Positions 24,301 to 36,472 of a stretch of DNA of 64,000 bases are shown piece after piece. Numbering within the stretch: the stretch's first letter is position 1; each line of letters begins with the position of its first letter. The notes under the pieces are model-generated. The model saw only the letters and a list, made by a program, of their open reading frames with translations, did no database searches and was not told where the DNA came from. A program made the position numbers and the translations under genes. Source of the stretch: an uncultured delta proteobacterium (GTDB taxonomy: Bacteria > Desulfobacterota > Binatia > Bin18); the NCBI GenBank assembly GCA_963733195.1, contig CAVTCR010000062.1:283333-347332 (forward strand), given 5' to 3'.

Positions 24301-24891
24301 ATGAGTCGCGGTCAAGTACGTTTCCTCATTGCCTCTCTGGTGTTGCTTTTGTTAGCCGTAGTTGGCCATGGCTTGCTCATCAACACAGAACGTGCGGACG
24401 ACTCTGCCCTTAATCCGACTCTCGATCCTCCTACAACCTCAGAAGAACAACGCATGGAAAACTTTAAGCGCGTGAAGGTCCGACCCGATGGCAAAAAGGC
24501 CTGGGAAATCGTTGCACGCAAAGCGCGCTACTCGCCTGAGAACCATCTGGTCATTGTCGAGTCCCCGCAATTCTCCTTCTATCCGAAGGATGGAGAATCT
24601 TTCTCGTTGCGGAGCCGCGAGGCGCGAATATTATTGACTACCGACAAAAAAGAAGACGTTATGCGCGTCGAGCTCAGTGGCGATTTAGAAATGCAGGTAA
24701 GCGATTATCTTATTAAGACCCAGGAAGCGATTTTTGAAACCGAACAGAATCGGATCTCATCGTCCGGTGCTGTCCAGATAGACGGCCCAGGAGTAACGGT
24801 TGCAGGCCAAGGATATTCCGTTGACGTTACCAACAAATATTTGACCCTCGATGCAGACGTACAAACCACTTTAAGTAGGAGCGATAGTTAA
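24301..24891 (+). CDS. lptC: LPS export protein LptC
   Basis: 196 aa with an N-terminal TM anchor and a beta-rich periplasmic domain. Assigned from its position immediately before lptA-lptB. Confidence 0.6.
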   Translation: MSRGQVRFLIASLVLLLLAVVGHGLLINTERADDSALNPTLDPPTTSEEQRMENFKRVKVRPDGKKAWEIVARKARYSPENHLVIVESPQFSFYPKDGESFSLRSREARILLTTDKKEDVMRVELSGDLEMQVSDYLIKTQEAIFETEQNRISSSGAVQIDGPGVTVAGQGYSVDVTNKYLTLDADVQTTLSRSDS

Positions 24892-25553
24892 TGAAGAAGC
24901 TGGGAGGCAGCGGGGTTGGAATCGTACTGTTCCTGACGTTGTTTTGCGCGACAGACACTGCTCTTGCCGCTGAAGACAAGAGCGCCCCTACCGAACAACC
25001 AACAAAGAGTCAGAATCCGTTTGATATCTCCCTTACTTCGGGCAATGGGCCGATCAATATTCGTTCAGGAAAGTTAGAGTTCTTCTACAACGAAAAGCGG
25101 ATTGTGTATCGCGATGGCGTGGTCGCAACCCGAGATAACGGTACAATTAAGAGCGATCTCCTTACTGTCACGTATGAAGAGCAAGAGGCAAACAATGGCG
25201 CAGGAGCGCCTTCTGCTTCTGCGACCAATGCCTCTGCTTCAGAAAAAGAGAACGCTGCCACCCGGCGACGCCAACGGATCAAAGAAGCAGTAGCAGAAGG
25301 AAACGTAGAGATCACCTCGGAAACCGGCAACGCAACCTGCAAAAAAGCCGTCTTCAACGAAATCAAACGTACCGTCGTGCTGAGTGGCGATGCCGTGTTG
25401 CGAGATGGAGACAACACTGTGAAAGGGCAAACCGTCACAGTGTACCTTGATGAAAGTCGAGTCACGGTTGAAGGAACGGCAGAAACACGGCCAGAAATGC
25501 AATTGAATCCCAAACGAGACGAAAAAGGCAAAAAAGAGGCAAGGACACGGTGA
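24891..25553 (+). CDS. lptA: LPS transport periplasmic protein LptA (OstA-like)
   Basis: Carries a signal peptide and an OstA-like beta-jellyroll sequence. It sits between lptC and lptB. Confidence 0.7.
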   Translation: MKKLGGSGVGIVLFLTLFCATDTALAAEDKSAPTEQPTKSQNPFDISLTSGNGPINIRSGKLEFFYNEKRIVYRDGVVATRDNGTIKSDLLTVTYEEQEANNGAGAPSASATNASASEKENAATRRRQRIKEAVAEGNVEITSETGNATCKKAVFNEIKRTVVLSGDAVLRDGDNTVKGQTVTVYLDESRVTVEGTAETRPEMQLNPKRDEKGKKEARTR

Positions 25554-26293
25554 TCAATAAAGCAGTGTTACGCGGAGAGCGGTTGTATAAGACGTACGGC
25601 AAGCGGCCAGTTCTGCGTGACGTCAGCATTGAAGTCAGAGGTGGAGAAGTCGTTGGACTGCTTGGTCCCAATGGCGCAGGGAAAACAACGACATTCTCGA
25701 TTATTGTGGGAATCTTACGGCCTGACCAAGGGGTCGTCCGTTATAATGGAGAAAATATTACGACGTTACCAATGCACCTGCGTGCCCGGAGAGGGATCAC
25801 CTATTTGCCGCAAGAACCGTCGGTTTTTCGCAAGCTTACCGTCGAAGAAAACGTGATGGCAGTCCTCGAAACTCTAGAGCTGACCACCGCCGAGCGTCGC
25901 ACTCGCCTCGTACAGCTCCTTGGCGAACTGCATATCATGCACCTCGCCCACCAACGTGCGGAGTCGTTGTCTGGCGGAGAACGACGGCGGGTAGAAATCA
26001 CCCGTGCGCTGGTAATGTCGCCTTCGTTTATGTTGCTGGATGAGCCGTTTGCTGGTATCGACCCACTGTCAGTGAATGATATTCAAGAAATTATCGCGCA
26101 ATTACGCAATCGTGGAATCGGGATTTTACTCACCGATCACAATGCCCAGGAAACACTGCGGATTTGTGACCGTGCTTATCTTCTCACCGATGGCAACGTA
26201 TTCGTGTCTGGCACCCCGGAAGAACTGGCCACCAATGAGCGCGCACGACAAGCTTATTTAGGGCAACGCTTTAGTCTGCAAAGCCGAGGGTAA
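25550..26293 (+). CDS. lptB: LPS export ABC transporter ATPase LptB
   Basis: Walker A GPNGAGKTT, ABC signature LSGGERRRVEI and Walker B LLDEP, in the conserved position before rpoN. Confidence 0.9.
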   Translation: MINKAVLRGERLYKTYGKRPVLRDVSIEVRGGEVVGLLGPNGAGKTTTFSIIVGILRPDQGVVRYNGENITTLPMHLRARRGITYLPQEPSVFRKLTVEENVMAVLETLELTTAERRTRLVQLLGELHIMHLAHQRAESLSGGERRRVEITRALVMSPSFMLLDEPFAGIDPLSVNDIQEIIAQLRNRGIGILLTDHNAQETLRICDRAYLLTDGNVFVSGTPEELATNERARQAYLGQRFSLQSRG

Positions 26294-26299
26294 ATTTCC

Positions 26300-27742
26300 A
26301 TGGCGTTAGATATACGGCTGCAGCAGAAGCTGCAACAAAAGCTGGTAATGACGCCACAGTTGCGTCAAGCCATAAAAATTCTCCAGCTCCAACGGGAAGA
26401 GCTCGAGACACTCATCGACGAGGAACTGGCCGAAAATCCGGTATTAGAACGCGCGGAAGGAGAAGAACCCCTTACCTCTGGCCCGCAAACAGAAACCGAG
26501 ATTGCCACGGTCGATAGTCCCACCCCAACGCCCCAAGACGACATCAACTGGCAAGCCTATCTTGATAATTACAGTAACGACATGCCATCACTCCCTGCTA
26601 CTGGCGGTGATGATGATGATGACGATCGTCTCAATATTCTCGAAAATGTCCTGACCCGTGCAGAGTCGTTAGCAGACCATCTCTCCGAGCAACTGCGATT
26701 TCACGAACTGAGTCCGGAAGAAGAACGAACAGCGTCGGTCATTATCGGTAACCTGGATGTGGATGGATATCTCAAAGCCTCGCTAGAAGAACTCGCCTCG
26801 GGAGCAGGGGTAGGCGTCGAACTCGCAGCCTATGTGCTCCAGCTCATCCACTCCTGTGATCCAACCGGAGTTGCCGCTCGCGACTTACGCGAATGTTTGC
26901 TTCTGCAGTTACGTGCCCAAGCGCACGAAGACCCAACGGTTGAGGACCCACTGATCACCCTCGCTATACGGATCGTGCAAGACCATCTCACAGTCCTCGA
27001 AGGCCGACGCTTTGATCGGCTCGCCAAAGATTTAGGAGTCACGGTTGATGAAGTCACGCACGCCGTTAAACTGATTACGACACTCGAACCAAAGCCAGCC
27101 CGTAATTTTGGCGAAGGCGAGACCCGTTATGTGACCCCCGACGTCGATGTGCGGAAAATGGGCGATGAGTATTTCGTCACACTGAATGAAGAAGGGCTTC
27201 CACGTCTCAAGGTTAGTCAGTCGTACCGGCGCATGCTCGCAGGGGGAGGAGATGCGAAAGATTACATTCAGGATAAGCTGCGCTCGGCAGCCTGGCTCAT
27301 CAAAAGCATCCAGCAACGTCAGCACACTCTGCTCCAGGTTGCACAAAGTATCGTGAAGTTCCAAGGCGATTTTCTGACGTATGGTGTTTCGCAAATGCGC
27401 CCGCTGGTGTTACGCGACGTTGCCGAGGATGTCGGCATCCATGAATCAACCGTGAGCCGTGCCATCGCCAACAAATATATGGCTACGCCGCGAGGCATCT
27501 TCTCAATGAAGCGGTTTTTCACCACCGGTCTCAAAAGTCATCACGGCCAAGATATCGCTGCAGAAAGTGTGAAAGAACAGATTCGGGAATTAATCACCAA
27601 AGAAGACCCGATGCGTCCGTTAAGTGATGAGGATATTGCTAAGCAACTGTCGCAAAGCAATGTCGATATTGCTCGCAGAACTGTAGCAAAGTATCGTGAA
27701 GCAATGAATATTCCGCCATCGGCGAAACGCAAGCAAGGATAA
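26300..27742 (+). CDS. rpoN: RNA polymerase sigma-54 factor
   Basis: An N-terminal Gln/Leu-rich region I, an acidic region II, and an HTH plus RpoN box (ARRTVAKYRE) at the C-terminus. Confidence 0.95.
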   Translation: MALDIRLQQKLQQKLVMTPQLRQAIKILQLQREELETLIDEELAENPVLERAEGEEPLTSGPQTETEIATVDSPTPTPQDDINWQAYLDNYSNDMPSLPATGGDDDDDDRLNILENVLTRAESLADHLSEQLRFHELSPEEERTASVIIGNLDVDGYLKASLEELASGAGVGVELAAYVLQLIHSCDPTGVAARDLRECLLLQLRAQAHEDPTVEDPLITLAIRIVQDHLTVLEGRRFDRLAKDLGVTVDEVTHAVKLITTLEPKPARNFGEGETRYVTPDVDVRKMGDEYFVTLNEEGLPRLKVSQSYRRMLAGGGDAKDYIQDKLRSAAWLIKSIQQRQHTLLQVAQSIVKFQGDFLTYGVSQMRPLVLRDVAEDVGIHESTVSRAIANKYMATPRGIFSMKRFFTTGLKSHHGQDIAAESVKEQIRELITKEDPMRPLSDEDIAKQLSQSNVDIARRTVAKYREAMNIPPSAKRKQG

Positions 27743-27789
27743 TACGCTCGCGAGAAGGTGACGGCTCCTCGAGGGGAAAGGACCCCCAC

Positions 27790-28251
27790 ATGCGCGTCAT
27801 TGATATTCTGACAGAAGATTTAGTTATTCCACAACTACAGAGTACCAGCAAAACCGACGTACTCCATGAACTTGCGCAGCATCTAGCGACGCAACGGCCT
27901 GATATTCGCGCCGAACAGCTAGTCACGGTGTTGCTTGACCGAGAACGGCTCGGCACGACAGCTATTGGGGAAGGAATAGCTATTCCGCACGGTAAACTCC
28001 CCGGGCTCAAAGGAGTGGTGGCGGTCTTTGGTCGCAGTCAACAGGGTATTGACTGTCATTCGTTGGATGGGCTCCCAACCAAACTCTTTTTCTTACTGGT
28101 CGCACCAGAAGAGTCTGCCGGAGTGCATCTCAAAGCCCTTGCCCGGGTTTCACGACTGCTCAAAGATAAAGCATTTCGAGACCGTCTTTTACAAGGAACG
28201 AATCGTGCCACTTTATATCAGGTGATTTGTGAAGAAGACGCCAGACTCTGA
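27790..28251 (+). CDS. ptsN: PTS IIA-like nitrogen regulatory protein (EIIA-Ntr)
   Basis: 153 aa with the active-site region TAIGEGIAIPHGK. It sits in the conserved position after rpoN. Confidence 0.8.
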   Translation: MRVIDILTEDLVIPQLQSTSKTDVLHELAQHLATQRPDIRAEQLVTVLLDRERLGTTAIGEGIAIPHGKLPGLKGVVAVFGRSQQGIDCHSLDGLPTKLFFLLVAPEESAGVHLKALARVSRLLKDKAFRDRLLQGTNRATLYQVICEEDARL

Positions 28252-29137
28252 ATCTTCTCTCCCAGAAGCTGCCGCGGTGGCGATGCAAGTTGTGATCGTC
28301 TCTGGTCTTTCGGGGTCAGGCAAAAGCACGGCTATTCATGTACTTGAAGATCTCGGGTTCTATTGTATCGACAACCTGCCGGTGACTCTCATTCCTCGTT
28401 TTCTCGAACTGTGCGCCAATAGCGAGGAACCGATCACCCGCGTCGCGCTGGGCATCGATCAGCGAGAACGTGTGTTCCTTCGTAGTTATCCTGATGTCTT
28501 GGCCGACTTGCGTAACCGCGGACAACGAATTCAAATTCTCTATCTCGAAGCAGCTGACGAGGTGCTGCTTCGACGCTTTAGCGAGACTCGTCGTCCACAC
28601 CCTGCAGCTGGCAGCCGCGGGGTTGCCGAAGGCATCCGCACCGAACGGGAATTACTCGCTGGACTCCGCGAGCTCGCCACACAAATCATCGATACGTCGA
28701 CTTTTACCGTTCACGAACTGCGCGAAAAGCTACGGCAAACCCTTTCTCATTTTCATACGCAGAACACACTTCTGGTAACACTAGAGTCTTTTGGGTACAA
28801 ATACGGAGTACCCGTCGATGCGGATGTCATGTTTGATGTGCGGTTTCTCTCCAATCCCTTTTTCGTTGAAGAACTACGCCCCCAGACTGGCCTTGCGCCG
28901 GATGTCGCCACCTACGTTCTTCAACGCCCAGAAGCGGAGATCTTTCTCACTCAGGTGAGTGCGTTACTCGAATCAACCTTACCCCTCTATATTCGCGAAG
29001 GGAAAAGCTACCTCACCGTGGCGGTTGGTTGTACGGGTGGTCGGCATCGGTCAGTTGCTGTGGTTGAAGAACTCGGACGACGGTTGACGGCGTGGGGGTA
29101 TGCCTCGCACCTCCATCACCGTGACCTCCAGCGCTAG
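28229..29137 (+). CDS. rapZ: RNase adapter protein RapZ (YhbJ, P-loop nucleotide-binding)
   Basis: VIVSGLSGSGKSTA P-loop and colinearity with RapZ. The true start could instead be the internal MQVV at 28283. Confidence 0.85.
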   Translation: MKKTPDSESSLPEAAAVAMQVVIVSGLSGSGKSTAIHVLEDLGFYCIDNLPVTLIPRFLELCANSEEPITRVALGIDQRERVFLRSYPDVLADLRNRGQRIQILYLEAADEVLLRRFSETRRPHPAAGSRGVAEGIRTERELLAGLRELATQIIDTSTFTVHELREKLRQTLSHFHTQNTLLVTLESFGYKYGVPVDADVMFDVRFLSNPFFVEELRPQTGLAPDVATYVLQRPEAEIFLTQVSALLESTLPLYIREGKSYLTVAVGCTGGRHRSVAVVEELGRRLTAWGYASHLHHRDLQR

Positions 29138-29153
29138 GAGCACCGGCACACGT

Positions 29154-29435
29154 ATGGCAGACGAGCCAAGTACAGCCGCCCAACTGACGCTCATCAACAG
29201 GCAAGGCCTCCACGCGCGTGCGGCTGCAGCATTTGTTCGTGCCATTACTGGACTTCGAGCAGACGTCACAGTGAGTTGGCAAAATCAGACTGTCAATGGC
29301 CGCAGCATGCTCGAATTGATGACCCTCGGAGCCCCTCCCGGTAGTGTCCTTGAGGTGACCACAAGCGGCGTCGATGCGGAAGCTGCACTGGCGAAGCTCA
29401 CCGAAGTGATTGCCAATCGCTTTTATGAAGAATGA
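29154..29435 (+). CDS. HPr-like phosphocarrier protein (NPr/PtsH family)
   Basis: Carries the GLHARAAA active-site-His region and is about 90 aa from MADEPST. It completes the rpoN-ptsN-rapZ-npr cluster. Confidence 0.75.
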   Translation: MADEPSTAAQLTLINRQGLHARAAAAFVRAITGLRADVTVSWQNQTVNGRSMLELMTLGAPPGSVLEVTTSGVDAEAALAKLTEVIANRFYEE

Positions 29436-29453
29436 AAAACGAGCGTAAAACGT

Positions 29454-29532
29454 AAGGCGTAAAACGTAAAAAGGGGGCAGAAGTAGTTACGTTTCACGTT
29501 TCACGTTTTACCTCTTACGTTCGTCGCATTTG
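29454..29532. repeat. Palindromic array of heptanucleotide repeats (CGTAAAA x4 facing CACGTTT x3), a possible terminator or REP-like element
   Basis: cgtaaaacgtaaggcgtaaaacgtaaaaa ... acgtttcacgtttcacgtttta. The same family recurs at 41566-41612 and 42793-42895. Confidence 0.7.
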
Positions 29533-29625
29533 CCCCTTGACGCTCCTATCGCTATCCTATTACATGCGCCTGCTTTCCAGGCGAAGGCGTAGAATCAGCA
29601 GAAGCAAACGAAGGAGACCGCTATT

Positions 29626-30804
29626 ATGCCGGCAAAAGATTTCCTCTTTACATCGGAGTCGGTGTCTGAGGGGCACCCAGATAAGATGTGTGACCAGATT
29701 TCCGACGCTATCTTAGACGCACTGATCACGAAAGATCCCGACAGTCGTGTTGCGTGCGAAACCCTTGCCAAAACAGGTATGGTCGTTGTTGCCGGCGAAA
29801 TCACGACGCGAGCCATCATCAACTACTCAGATGTGGTTCGCGAGGTCGTCCATGACATTGGCTACACGAGTTCCGACCTGGGCTTTGACGCCACGACCTG
29901 CTCGGTCCTGAGTGCCATTGGGCAACAATCTCCTGACATCTCACAAGGAGTCACTGAAGGTGAAGGACTCCATAAAGAACAAGGCGCCGGTGACCAAGGC
30001 ATGATGTTTGGTTTCGCTTGTGACGAAACCAAAGAATTTATGCCATTCCCTATCTACACCGCGCATCGCCTGGTCGAGGCCCTGACCCAGGCACGCAAGA
30101 GTGGCCAACTGCCGTTCCTCCGTCCCGACGCCAAATCTCAGGTCACCGTCCACTACAAAGATGGGAGACCCGCACGCGCCGACACCGTTCTCATTTCAAC
30201 CCAGCACAGTCCGGATGCTGCGTATAACACCATCAAAGAAGCTGTCATTGAAGACATTATCAAGAAAGTTGTGCCAAAAGAGTTCATAGACAATAAGACG
30301 GTCTTCTTGGTCAACCCCACTGGTCGTTTCGTTCACGGTGGTCCGTTTGCCGACTGCGGACTAACGGGTCGGAAGATTATCGTCGATACCTACGGTGGCT
30401 ATGGCCGGCATGGTGGAGGGGCGTTTTCCGGCAAGGACCCGTCCAAAGTCGATCGTTCTGCCGCATATATGGCCCGCTATATCGCCAAGAACGTCGTTGC
30501 TGCAGAACTGGCCGCACGGTGTGAAGTACAAGTGGCCTACGCGATCGGCATGGCGCAACCGGTATCAGTCTTGGTAGACACGTTCGGTACTGGAGCGATC
30601 CCGGACGAGCAGATCTCCAAGATTGTGACTGAACTCTTCGACCTGCGTCCGGCGGAAATCGTCAAAACGTTGGGACTCAAAAAGCCGATCTACAGACCAA
30701 CCGCAGCCTACGGCCATTTCGGTCGTCCGCCCGAAGGAGAAAAATTTACCTGGGAACGCATTGATCGTGTGGACGCTCTCAAACGCGCAGCAAAAATCGC
30801 TTAA
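29626..30804 (+). CDS. metK: S-adenosylmethionine synthetase
   Basis: Carries [13 protein letters not shown] and GGGAFSGKD, and is colinear over its full length. Confidence 0.95.
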   Translation: MPAKDFLFTSESVSEGHPDKMCDQISDAILDALITKDPDSRVACETLAKTGMVVVAGEITTRAIINYSDVVREVVHDIGYTSSDLGFDATTCSVLSAIGQQSPDISQGVTEGEGLHKEQGAGDQGMMFGFACDETKEFMPFPIYTAHRLVEALTQARKSGQLPFLRPDAKSQVTVHYKDGRPARADTVLISTQHSPDAAYNTIKEAVIEDIIKKVVPKEFIDNKTVFLVNPTGRFVHGGPFADCGLTGRKIIVDTYGGYGRHGGGAFSGKDPSKVDRSAAYMARYIAKNVVAAELAARCEVQVAYAIGMAQPVSVLVDTFGTGAIPDEQISKIVTELFDLRPAEIVKTLGLKKPIYRPTAAYGHFGRPPEGEKFTWERIDRVDALKRAAKIA

Positions 30805-30809
30805 CCTGA

Positions 30810-32111
<1,302 letters not shown>

Positions 32112-32168
32112 GTTCAGTTTCTGTATTGATATGAAATAAATGGGAGAGGGGGAGGAAGCGTCAACGGT

Positions 32169-33629
32169 ATGAACGCAGTTATTCCTACGCATTTTGCTTT
32201 CTCCTCCGCTCCCCTCACCATTTGTACTCCCCATCTCATAGGGCCGCTTTTACGGAAAGTTCTCACCGCAACTTTCCTGATGTTGTTGCTGAGTTCTTTC
32301 GTTTCTGCCGCACCACATCGTCCGGCCATTCAAGGCATTCGTACCATTTCTTCAGCGGATGAGACCCGTGTCGTTATCTCACTCTCAAGTCCGATTGCGT
32401 ATGAACTGATAGCGGAACCGTCCATCGTAGCATCGGCCTCCCCATCGCGCCTGCATATTCGTTTTTCTCCGGCAAGCCTTGCGCCCGGCATTCGCACAAA
32501 TGCGAAAATTGATGATGGGATATTGAGAGAAGTACGAACCGGATTGATTACTGATTCGATCGTGCGCATTTCGCTTGAGGTCGAGCAACTTGGTGCCTAT
32601 CGTGCCACAGCATTCCGTTCACCAGACCAAGTCGTTATCCAGTTACGAAAGCAGTCAGAGAACCGCGTCGCTGCTCGTCCTCCCACTTCACTCCTGTCAG
32701 GCTCACAAAAAGTCCCAGCAGACCGCCAAGTCGCAATCACTCCACCATTCCCTGCTCCCCCTCCCCCATTCGAGGACCGGCAACAGCCTTCGACTACGCC
32801 GCTCCCTCCGACTCCACCATCAAAAGCCCCAGTAGACCGCCAGATGCTACTCACACCCCCACGCACTTCTCCCTCTCCATCCCCTGCACAAGTCAAAGAG
32901 CCTCCAGCTCCTCCCTCTACACCTCGCTCACGCTATCGTATTATGCTCGACCCTGGACACGGTGGATCTGACCCTGGGGCTCAAGGTGTTAACGGTCTTC
33001 ACGAGAAAACAATTGTGCTGGCTGTCAGTAAACAACTCGCACAGAAACTGCGTACTCGTTTGGGCGCAGACGTCATGCTTACACGTACTGATGATGTATT
33101 TATTCCTTTACCTGAGCGAACCGCCCGGGCAAATGCAGCAAAAGCAGACCTGTTTGTCTCCATTCACGCAAACGCGAGTCCGAACCCAGAAACGCAGGGC
33201 ATAGAGACCTATTACTTGAACAACACCGAGGATCGCGCAACCATCCGGCTGGCAAAGTTAGAGAACGGTATCCGAGCGAAGCAACAACTGCCGCAAAGAG
33301 AAGACTCACTTTCGTATATCCTTAGTGATCTCATTCAGACAGGCAAAGAAGAGGAATCGATCGCACTGGCGCAGGCAGTACAAACAGCACTTATCGATCA
33401 AGTGAGAACCGCCGTACCGCTGGCGCACGATTTGGGGGTAAAGAAAGGACCGTTTTATGTACTCGTCGGCGCGCACCTGCCTTGTATTCTGGTTGAACTT
33501 GCCTTTCTTACCCACGCTGACGAAGCGCAACGCCTCGGCTCCGCTACCTATCAAGAAACTTTGGCTGAAGGGTTGTTTCGTGGGATTGCGGACTTCCTAC
33601 GCACGGATCTCTCAGCAAAGGATCTGTAA
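32169..33629 (+). CDS. N-acetylmuramoyl-L-alanine amidase (AmiC-like: AMIN domain, Pro-rich linker, Amidase_3 domain)
   Basis: A signal/TM segment is followed by an AMIN-like region, a long PPxP linker and then MLDPGHGGSDPGA..LFVSIHANA (Amidase_3). Confidence 0.8.
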   Translation: MNAVIPTHFAFSSAPLTICTPHLIGPLLRKVLTATFLMLLLSSFVSAAPHRPAIQGIRTISSADETRVVISLSSPIAYELIAEPSIVASASPSRLHIRFSPASLAPGIRTNAKIDDGILREVRTGLITDSIVRISLEVEQLGAYRATAFRSPDQVVIQLRKQSENRVAARPPTSLLSGSQKVPADRQVAITPPFPAPPPPFEDRQQPSTTPLPPTPPSKAPVDRQMLLTPPRTSPSPSPAQVKEPPAPPSTPRSRYRIMLDPGHGGSDPGAQGVNGLHEKTIVLAVSKQLAQKLRTRLGADVMLTRTDDVFIPLPERTARANAAKADLFVSIHANASPNPETQGIETYYLNNTEDRATIRLAKLENGIRAKQQLPQREDSLSYILSDLIQTGKEEESIALAQAVQTALIDQVRTAVPLAHDLGVKKGPFYVLVGAHLPCILVELAFLTHADEAQRLGSATYQETLAEGLFRGIADFLRTDLSAKDL

Positions 33630-33745
33630 GCCTTTTTTTCTCTGCCTATCATCACTGGTAATCGGAGACATGGTACGCCTGCACAACTCAGACCGGCGTG
33701 CTAGTATTGACTCTCGATGCCAATGACCATGAGGTGGAGCACGCT

Positions 33746-36472
33746 ATGACTGAGACTGACCCGCATCTGATGGCAGAAATATTTGACATCCCGCTGCCAC
33801 CACTCCCACCGGCTGACCTTGATGTTGAGGCGGACCCGCAATTCAATCTCCGTGCCCTAAGCAAAGAGTATCGCGCTCGGGTACTCAGCAAATTGGAAAA
33901 ACATCACACCGCAGGAGCAAGTGGCACGACTCTCGTCAATCTTCACACCCACCTCATCGATCGCTTGATCCGGTACCTCTTTGCCGCAGCAACTCAGCTG
34001 TATACACGTCGGAATCCGCGACTACACCAACGCTGTGCTGTCTTTGCCCAAGGCGGCTATGGCCGTGAGGAACTCAATCCCTACTCTGACATCGACCTCC
34101 TGTTCCTCTACCATTGGAAGATTTCTCCCTATGTAGAAACTATCTGTGATACCTTATACTATAGCCTGCTCGACGCTGGATTCGTGGTTGGTCATGCCGT
34201 TCGCAACGTTCGCGAGTGTGTCAATCTGGCGAATCGGGATCTCCAAGTCAAAACTGCCCTCATTGATCACCGGTTTCTCTGTGGTGACGAACAACTCGCT
34301 CGTGAGCTCACCACAGCCACTGAACGAGAGATTATCGCGAAGAACTCCGACCGCTTCTTTCAGGACAAAGCCCACGAGAGTCAAGAACGCCACCGTCGAC
34401 ATGGGGATTCGATCTACATGCTTGAACCCCACCTCAAAGAGGGAAAAGGCGGTCTGCGGGATCTACATACCGCAGGATGGCTCGTCAAGGTCAAGTTCAA
34501 GATCAATAGTCTCCGCGAGTTGATTCCCAAAGGAGTCGTGTCATCAGCGCAGTTGGATGAGGTTGAAGCAGCACGCGACTTCTTATGGGGAGTACGTAAC
34601 AGCCTGCATTTCCTCGAACACGCTGAACAAGACTTGTTGACGTTCGAACGGCAAGAAGCACTTGCTCCACAACTCGGCTTTGCTGATGTCACAAGTTTTA
34701 TGCACGAGTATTATCGTCACGCCACAACGATCTCCGCGTTTTCCCGCCTGTTACAAGACCGCTGTGTCACCACCTCTCGGCTCTCGTCGTTCCTAAGTCG
34801 GGCACGCGGGCGGGAGATTCGTGAAGGGATACGGATCGTTGGCAACTTACTTACAGTTACAAAACCGGAGATCTTAACTCGCGACCCACTCAACATGGTG
34901 ACCGTTTTCTATGATGCCCAACGTCACGGTGCGCAACTTGAGAATGACACGCGTCAACTCATACGTGACACATTGACCGGTCTGCCTACCACTCTTGGTG
35001 AATCCCCTCCTCTACGGAAAGCCCTCTTCGAGATACTTGCGTGGAAGCAACGCGTATCTCCAACAGTGAATGACATGCATGACCTCGGCGTCCTTGATTG
35101 GTTGCTACCAGAATTCGGACGCTTACATTGGCGCACGCAGCGCGAACTCTATCATGTATACACAGTGGATGCACATTCCTTGCGCGGCATCGCAGAAATC
35201 GAACAATTGCGCGACGGTGAATACAAGGCATCCCATCCATTGCTGACACAAGTTGTTAGGGAAATTGATAGGATAGAATTTTTGTTCTTAGCGATCCTCT
35301 ATCATGATGTCGGAAAAGGGTACGGTCACGACCATGACGAACGGGGAGCGGCGATGGTGAAAGACACCGCTGCACGGTGGAATCTCTCTCCTGACGATAC
35401 CTACGAATGGCATTTCCTCGTGCAGCACCATCTACGGATGTCGTATATCTCTCAGCGTCGTGACCTGTCGGACGACACGGTTATTGCTGACTGCGCGCGG
35501 TTCGTAGGAACCCCCGCGCTTCTCAAAAAACTGTACTTACTTACCTTTGCCGACATGAAAGCCGTCGGCCCTAAAGTCTGGAACCCTTGGAAAGGGGAAT
35601 TGCTAGACGAATTGTATCTACGCACTTTGGAACTTCTTGAAACTGGAGAGCCGGTCGAGGAAAACCGCGAGGCGCGATTGCACCGGCGTAAAGAACGGTT
35701 TACTCAAGTCCTCACTCAGACGGCGACACCGGCAGCGGCAGCAGCGTTCCTCGCGGCCGCGCCGGAAAATTATCTCTTATCCACTCCCGAAGAAGCAGTC
35801 CCGCGGCACTTCGAACTGGTCACCCGATTTCTCCGCCAGAATGGTACCGGTGAACCGGACCCCTATCGTGCAACACTCACCCATTTCCCTGAGCGTGAGT
35901 TTAGTGAGTTAACGATTGTGACACGAGATCGTCCAGGACTCTTCGCGATGCTGACTGGCGTGCTCACCTCTGTAGGTCTAAATATTGCCGGAGCACGCAT
36001 TGCTACAAGCCGAGAGGGCATTGCACTCGATGTCTTTCAGCTCTCACACGTCGAGCGCAAAGATGTCGTCATGGATACCGACACCTGGACGCATATCTAT
36101 TCACGACTCGCGGACGTCTTACACGGCAAACGGACGCTCGACGACCTGTTACGTGCAACCCGGGCACCTTCGTTTCTTACTAGGAAACAGTCACGGTATA
36201 GTACAGATGTCACTGTAGATAATGAGATCTCTCCCCGTTACACGGTCGTTGATATCACCGGTCCAGATCGTATGGGGTTCCTCTTTACAGTCACATACAC
36301 TCTGTTTACTCTCGATCTAGAAATTCACGTAGCGAAGATCACCACGAATGTCGATCACGTCCTCGACGTGTTCTATATCACTGATAGACATGGATCTAAG
36401 GTAAGTAATCCCGACCATGTTGCAGAGAGTATCCGCCAACGACTAATCGACACAAACGGAGGGGAACGATGA
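33746..36472 (+). CDS. glnD: Bifunctional [protein-PII] uridylyltransferase / uridylyl-removing enzyme
   Basis: Nucleotidyltransferase motif GGYGREELNPYSDIDLLFL, HD domain (ILYHDVGKG) and two C-terminal ACT domains. About 908 aa from MTETDPH. Confidence 0.8.
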   Translation: MTETDPHLMAEIFDIPLPPLPPADLDVEADPQFNLRALSKEYRARVLSKLEKHHTAGASGTTLVNLHTHLIDRLIRYLFAAATQLYTRRNPRLHQRCAVFAQGGYGREELNPYSDIDLLFLYHWKISPYVETICDTLYYSLLDAGFVVGHAVRNVRECVNLANRDLQVKTALIDHRFLCGDEQLARELTTATEREIIAKNSDRFFQDKAHESQERHRRHGDSIYMLEPHLKEGKGGLRDLHTAGWLVKVKFKINSLRELIPKGVVSSAQLDEVEAARDFLWGVRNSLHFLEHAEQDLLTFERQEALAPQLGFADVTSFMHEYYRHATTISAFSRLLQDRCVTTSRLSSFLSRARGREIREGIRIVGNLLTVTKPEILTRDPLNMVTVFYDAQRHGAQLENDTRQLIRDTLTGLPTTLGESPPLRKALFEILAWKQRVSPTVNDMHDLGVLDWLLPEFGRLHWRTQRELYHVYTVDAHSLRGIAEIEQLRDGEYKASHPLLTQVVREIDRIEFLFLAILYHDVGKGYGHDHDERGAAMVKDTAARWNLSPDDTYEWHFLVQHHLRMSYISQRRDLSDDTVIADCARFVGTPALLKKLYLLTFADMKAVGPKVWNPWKGELLDELYLRTLELLETGEPVEENREARLHRRKERFTQVLTQTATPAAAAAFLAAAPENYLLSTPEEAVPRHFELVTRFLRQNGTGEPDPYRATLTHFPEREFSELTIVTRDRPGLFAMLTGVLTSVGLNIAGARIATSREGIALDVFQLSHVERKDVVMDTDTWTHIYSRLADVLHGKRTLDDLLRATRAPSFLTRKQSRYSTDVTVDNEISPRYTVVDITGPDRMGFLFTVTYTLFTLDLEIHVAKITTNVDHVLDVFYITDRHGSKVSNPDHVAESIRQRLIDTNGGER

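Noticed and set aside
29454-29532. Heptamer tandem arrays as possible CRISPR arrays
   Set aside because: The units are 7 bp with no unique spacers, where CRISPR repeats are 24-48 bp with spacers. No cas genes are present.
29533-29625. SAM riboswitch in the metK leader and upstream of the 9206 met gene
   Set aside because: Only a simple 6-bp hairpin (cgcctg-ctttc-caggcg) and a weak promoter-like TTGACG were found. There is no S-box, SAM-II or SAM-V consensus.
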